The notes beneath the pieces are model-generated. The model saw only the letters and a program-made list of their open reading frames with translations, was not told the DNA's origin and did no database searches. Both the position numbers and the translations under genes were made by a program. Positions 60,597 through 64,000 of a stretch of 64,000 bases of DNA are shown here, piece after piece (the first letter of the stretch is position 1; the number at the start of each line of letters is the position of its first letter). The stretch is from Octopus sinensis (lineage: Eukaryota): assembly GCF_006345805.1 (NCBI RefSeq), contig NC_043009.1:63116001-63180000 (forward strand). Reading direction: 5' to 3'.

Positions 60597-60638
<42 letters not shown>
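59153..60638. repeat. Tandem duplication, 748-bp period, two near-identical copies
   Basis: GGAGGCGCAATGG at 59153 and 59901. One substitution seen outside the microsatellite. Confidence 0.95.
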
Positions 60639-60641
<3 letters not shown>

Positions 60642-60642
<1 letters not shown>

Positions 60643-60858
60643 AGGTGTGTTATGTGCATTGATAGAACAGGTATCCTATATAAACTCAACAAATAATTAA
60701 ATATGGAGAAGAGAGGATGTTAAAAAAGTTTCATAAAATTTAAAAACTAAAATCTTATTAAAATTTATAAAACTTTCAACATCCTCTCTTCTCCATCTTT
60801 AATCGTTTGTTGAGTTTCTATAGGATTACCTGTTCTACCAATGCACATAACACACCTT
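60642..60858. mobile_element. ~217-bp fold-back (MITE-like)
   Basis: AAGGTGTGTTATGTGCATTG...CAATGCACATAACACACCTT, with imperfect complementarity along the arms. Confidence 0.8.
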
Positions 60859-61443
60859 TACTTGTAAAATTTTCATATTAAAAAAAATACTTGCAATAAG
60901 TAAGCTACAAATTTAATATGAAGAATCTTTATTAGAAATCTAACTTTGGACCCCAACAAAGTAAAAAGGATGAAATTGAACTCAACTTTTCACACACACA
61001 CACACACACACATGTATATAGTTCATAGATGAGAACCAGACATTCTCCGAATAGAATTCACTTCGTAGTGCTCAAGAGATTTAAACTTGAGCGAGTATAG
61101 AAATAAATGTAGGGATAAGCAAATGAGACAGATCAATATAGAAAGTATACAAAATACATGAAATACAAAAGAAAAAAAATATATATGTAAACATATAAGA
61201 AAAGGGTCCGATTTACAAATAGTTCAAATGCTATAGAGAATTAAAGGGTGGAAGAAAAGGTTTTACACTGGATTTGGATTTGTAATACTTCTAATCCACC
61301 CCTTTAATTTGTAGGACTTTTCCTCTACCCTTTTAATTCTCTATTTCATTGTATTGTGTAAGGCGGAGTATTTTACATGTATATATGTATATCTATATAT
61401 ATTAATATATAATATATATCATATTATATATATATATATATGT

Positions 61444-61638
61444 AGGTCCCGGGTTGAATCGGGGTTAACCACAGTAAATAAGGTACTCAATACATAGCAG
61501 AGTAAAAATTTATTTTATAGAGGAGCTTCTACAGGACTAGAACTGTTTCATTCAGAAGAAATCATCAGGAAGCTTCCTGATGATTTCTTCTGAATGAAAC
61601 AGTTCTAGTCCTGTAGAAGCTCCTTCTATAAAATAAAT
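61444..61638. mobile_element. Fold-back mini-element carrying a type I hammerhead motif (probable Penelope pLTR derivative)
   Basis: Perfect 104-bp palindrome 61521-61624; (TA)n on both flanks; AATAAA tail on the minus strand. Confidence 0.75.
61571..61621 (+). ncRNA. Type I hammerhead ribozyme motif
   Basis: Stem I AGCTTC/GAAGCT; core CTGATGA; stem II TTC-TTCT-GAA with a U.U base; GAAA; stem III ACAG/CTGT; GUA cleavage triplet ending at 61615. Confidence 0.7.
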
Positions 61639-61716
61639 ATATATATATATATATATATATAGATATATATATATATACACATTTTTTTGTATTTCATGTG
61701 CTTCTCTCTCTCTCTG

Positions 61717-61758
<42 letters not shown>

Positions 61759-62890
61759 TATATATTATATATATATTATATATATATTTATAATATTTAT
61801 GTATGTATGTATATATTATATACATATATATTGTATGTATTATGTATGTATGTATGTATCTATCTATTATATATATGTATATAGTATGTATATACATACA
61901 TACATATATATATTATTATATATATATATATATATATACATACATATGTATGTATGCATGTATATGTATTTATATATAAATATATATACATGTGTATTAA
62001 GCCTTTGATATACTTGGTAACTTTCAGTGTAGGCTTTAATTTCTATAGAAAAATTGTAGAGATAGCTAAAATGTGACTGAATCGCACTGCTAATACAGGT
62101 AGGATGCAGTATTGGCTCATGGGCCTTTAATATTCTTGGTAGTATATTATGGTTGAAAAACGAAAGGCGTTGCCCCAACAATGAATATGTACGTATCAGT
62201 TGCCAGGAATGTGTTTAATATGTAAAATTGGTGTGTCCATTTGTGTTACACGGCTACGTTTGGTGGTTATTTAAGCAAAGTGTTCGTAGATGCTTTTTGG
62301 ATTGTAAGTGACGCTGAAGAAAGAATAATATCTCCCAAAATATGCATGTACTTACATTCTTGTTTTTCTATCTTCTCTGGCATTGTTTACATAGACGTAT
62401 TTGTATACGAAACACCTTAACCTGCAGAGCTGGCTCTAATTTTTCATGTCAAAACGTAAAAAGTTGGAAGGAATGCTGTTAAGCATTTTGTCCGACGCAC
62501 TTTTAATGGCTTGCCGTCTTAGAATCAGCCGCAAAATAACTATTATTTTTTCGAATTTAGGCACAAGGCCAGCAATTTTGAGGAGTTGGGTAGTCGATGC
62601 CATCGACCCTTGTACCTGACTGGCATTTTATTTTATCGACTTCGGAAGGATGAAAGGCAAAGTTGACTACGGTGGTATTTGAACTCAGAACGTAAAGAAC
62701 CGGAAGAAATACCTAAAAGCATTTTTTCTCACAACACTAACGGTTCTGACCGCAAATATATTTAACTTCATTCGTACGCATAAATTCATGAAATCTTCTT
62801 GTGTGACTTACCTCATACATCCTCTTCGTTTTTCTATGACTGTGTCTTGTTCATCCCAACACGATTTTATAAACTCCCTCTAAAGGGAGT

Positions 62891-62936
<46 letters not shown>

Positions 62937-63664
62937 GTCCCGGAGAGGATAGGTCAAGGAAGTTATACAAGGAAGTCGCTTTAAAAAAATTTGTATAAAT
63001 TTAAGATAATGTAAATAACTTTGAAAGAAAACACAATAAATAAAATATCTTAAGAAGTACACAGAGAAACATTTAAGGTTACCCACCTATAGGCAAGTAA
63101 AAGCCCATTGCTTAGGTCAAGTTAGAGCACTCTACGCCCCTGCCCTCCAGATGCTGCTCATGCTGGAAAAGGGTGCATCCGGAAGTGTTCGCTAATATCT
63201 TTTAGGCAGGTGGGGGCATAATGCCCCCCAAAAATCACGTCTTGCTAGTATCTATTTTTAGCATGTGGTAAATCTCTAGTACCATCTTCGACATTTTCTT
63301 CTGAATTTCCTGTATCTTAACCGCATTTTGTTCTCACTAGCAGCTATAAAATTCTTTCGTCTGTCCATCAGCTCTTTTGTTTGGTACAGGAAGGAGCGCT
63401 TTGTACGACGAACGACTACAAATCTTTTTTTTTTTTATCGTCGTACTTCCTTTAGTTGGGTTTTGCACAACCTTTGAATCAGACTTCCACTTTCTATTTT
63501 TATCCCAGTAATTTCCAATTTCTCTCCGGCCCTCATTATGTCCTCGTTGTCACACTTTAGTACTGTTGGTGGGGGAAGAATGAAATCCCGATCACTGTAT
63601 TTTTGGACTGAGGATAAAGATGGATTCTCCGGTACTGTTTGTTTCGTATCAGTTTTTTAAAGCA

Positions 63665-64000
63665 TCTTTTACTTGTTTCTGTCATTAGACTGTGGTCGTG
63701 CTGGAGCACTGCATTGAAGAGTTCTTTTTTTAAGTCGAACGAATCTATCCCAGTATTTTTTTAAAGCTTGGTACTTATTTTGTCGGGGTTAATTTTGCCG
63801 AACCGCTAAGTTACAGGGACATAAACAAACCAGCCCCAGTTACCAAGCGTTGCTGGGAGACACAGATATACACACAAAGACAAAGACATACACACACGCA
63901 CGCATGCACGAACACACGCACACACACACATACACACGACAGGCTTCTTCCCGTTTCCGTCTATCATATCTTCTCACTAGGCCAAGGTCGACTCGAGACT
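63665..64000 (-). mobile_element. SINE family A, diverged, runs off the window end
   Basis: Reverse complement of the family A 3' and central parts. Confidence 0.8.

Overview
Eukaryotic, AT-rich, microsatellite-dense genomic DNA. The SINE families and the (CA)n/(TA)n/(GAT)n load suggest an octopod cephalopod (Octopus); this is inferred, not verified. The window holds the 3' part of one large plus-strand anoctamin/TMEM16 gene. I spliced it by hand: 16 exons from 521 to about 47.8 kb join in frame with GT-AG introns and cover TM1-TM10 plus a low-complexity C-tail. There is also a candidate 21-nt micro-exon and a probable terminal exon/3' UTR starting at 52797. The 5' end of the gene lies upstream of the window. 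Introns and the downstream region are filled with tRNA-derived SINEs (at least five families), CR1 and RTE LINE 3' fragments, mariner- and piggyBac-type MITEs, non-autonomous Helitrons, minisatellites and very long simple repeats. Most unusual: (1) four hammerhead-ribozyme-like motifs. Two sit in near-perfect fold-back palindromes embedded in (TA)n whose inversion point lies immediately 5' of the ribozyme, which suggests a family of Penelope-pLTR-derived ribozyme mini-elements. (2) The anoctamin has His at the K/Q ion-selectivity position of TM5 and a remodelled TM6 Ca2+ site. (3) Several local rearrangement signatures: a 40-nt exon copy inserted in an intron, a SINE that lost both Pol III boxes, Helitron hairpin isomers and a 748-bp tandem duplication. 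No database searches were possible; family names come from motif recognition.
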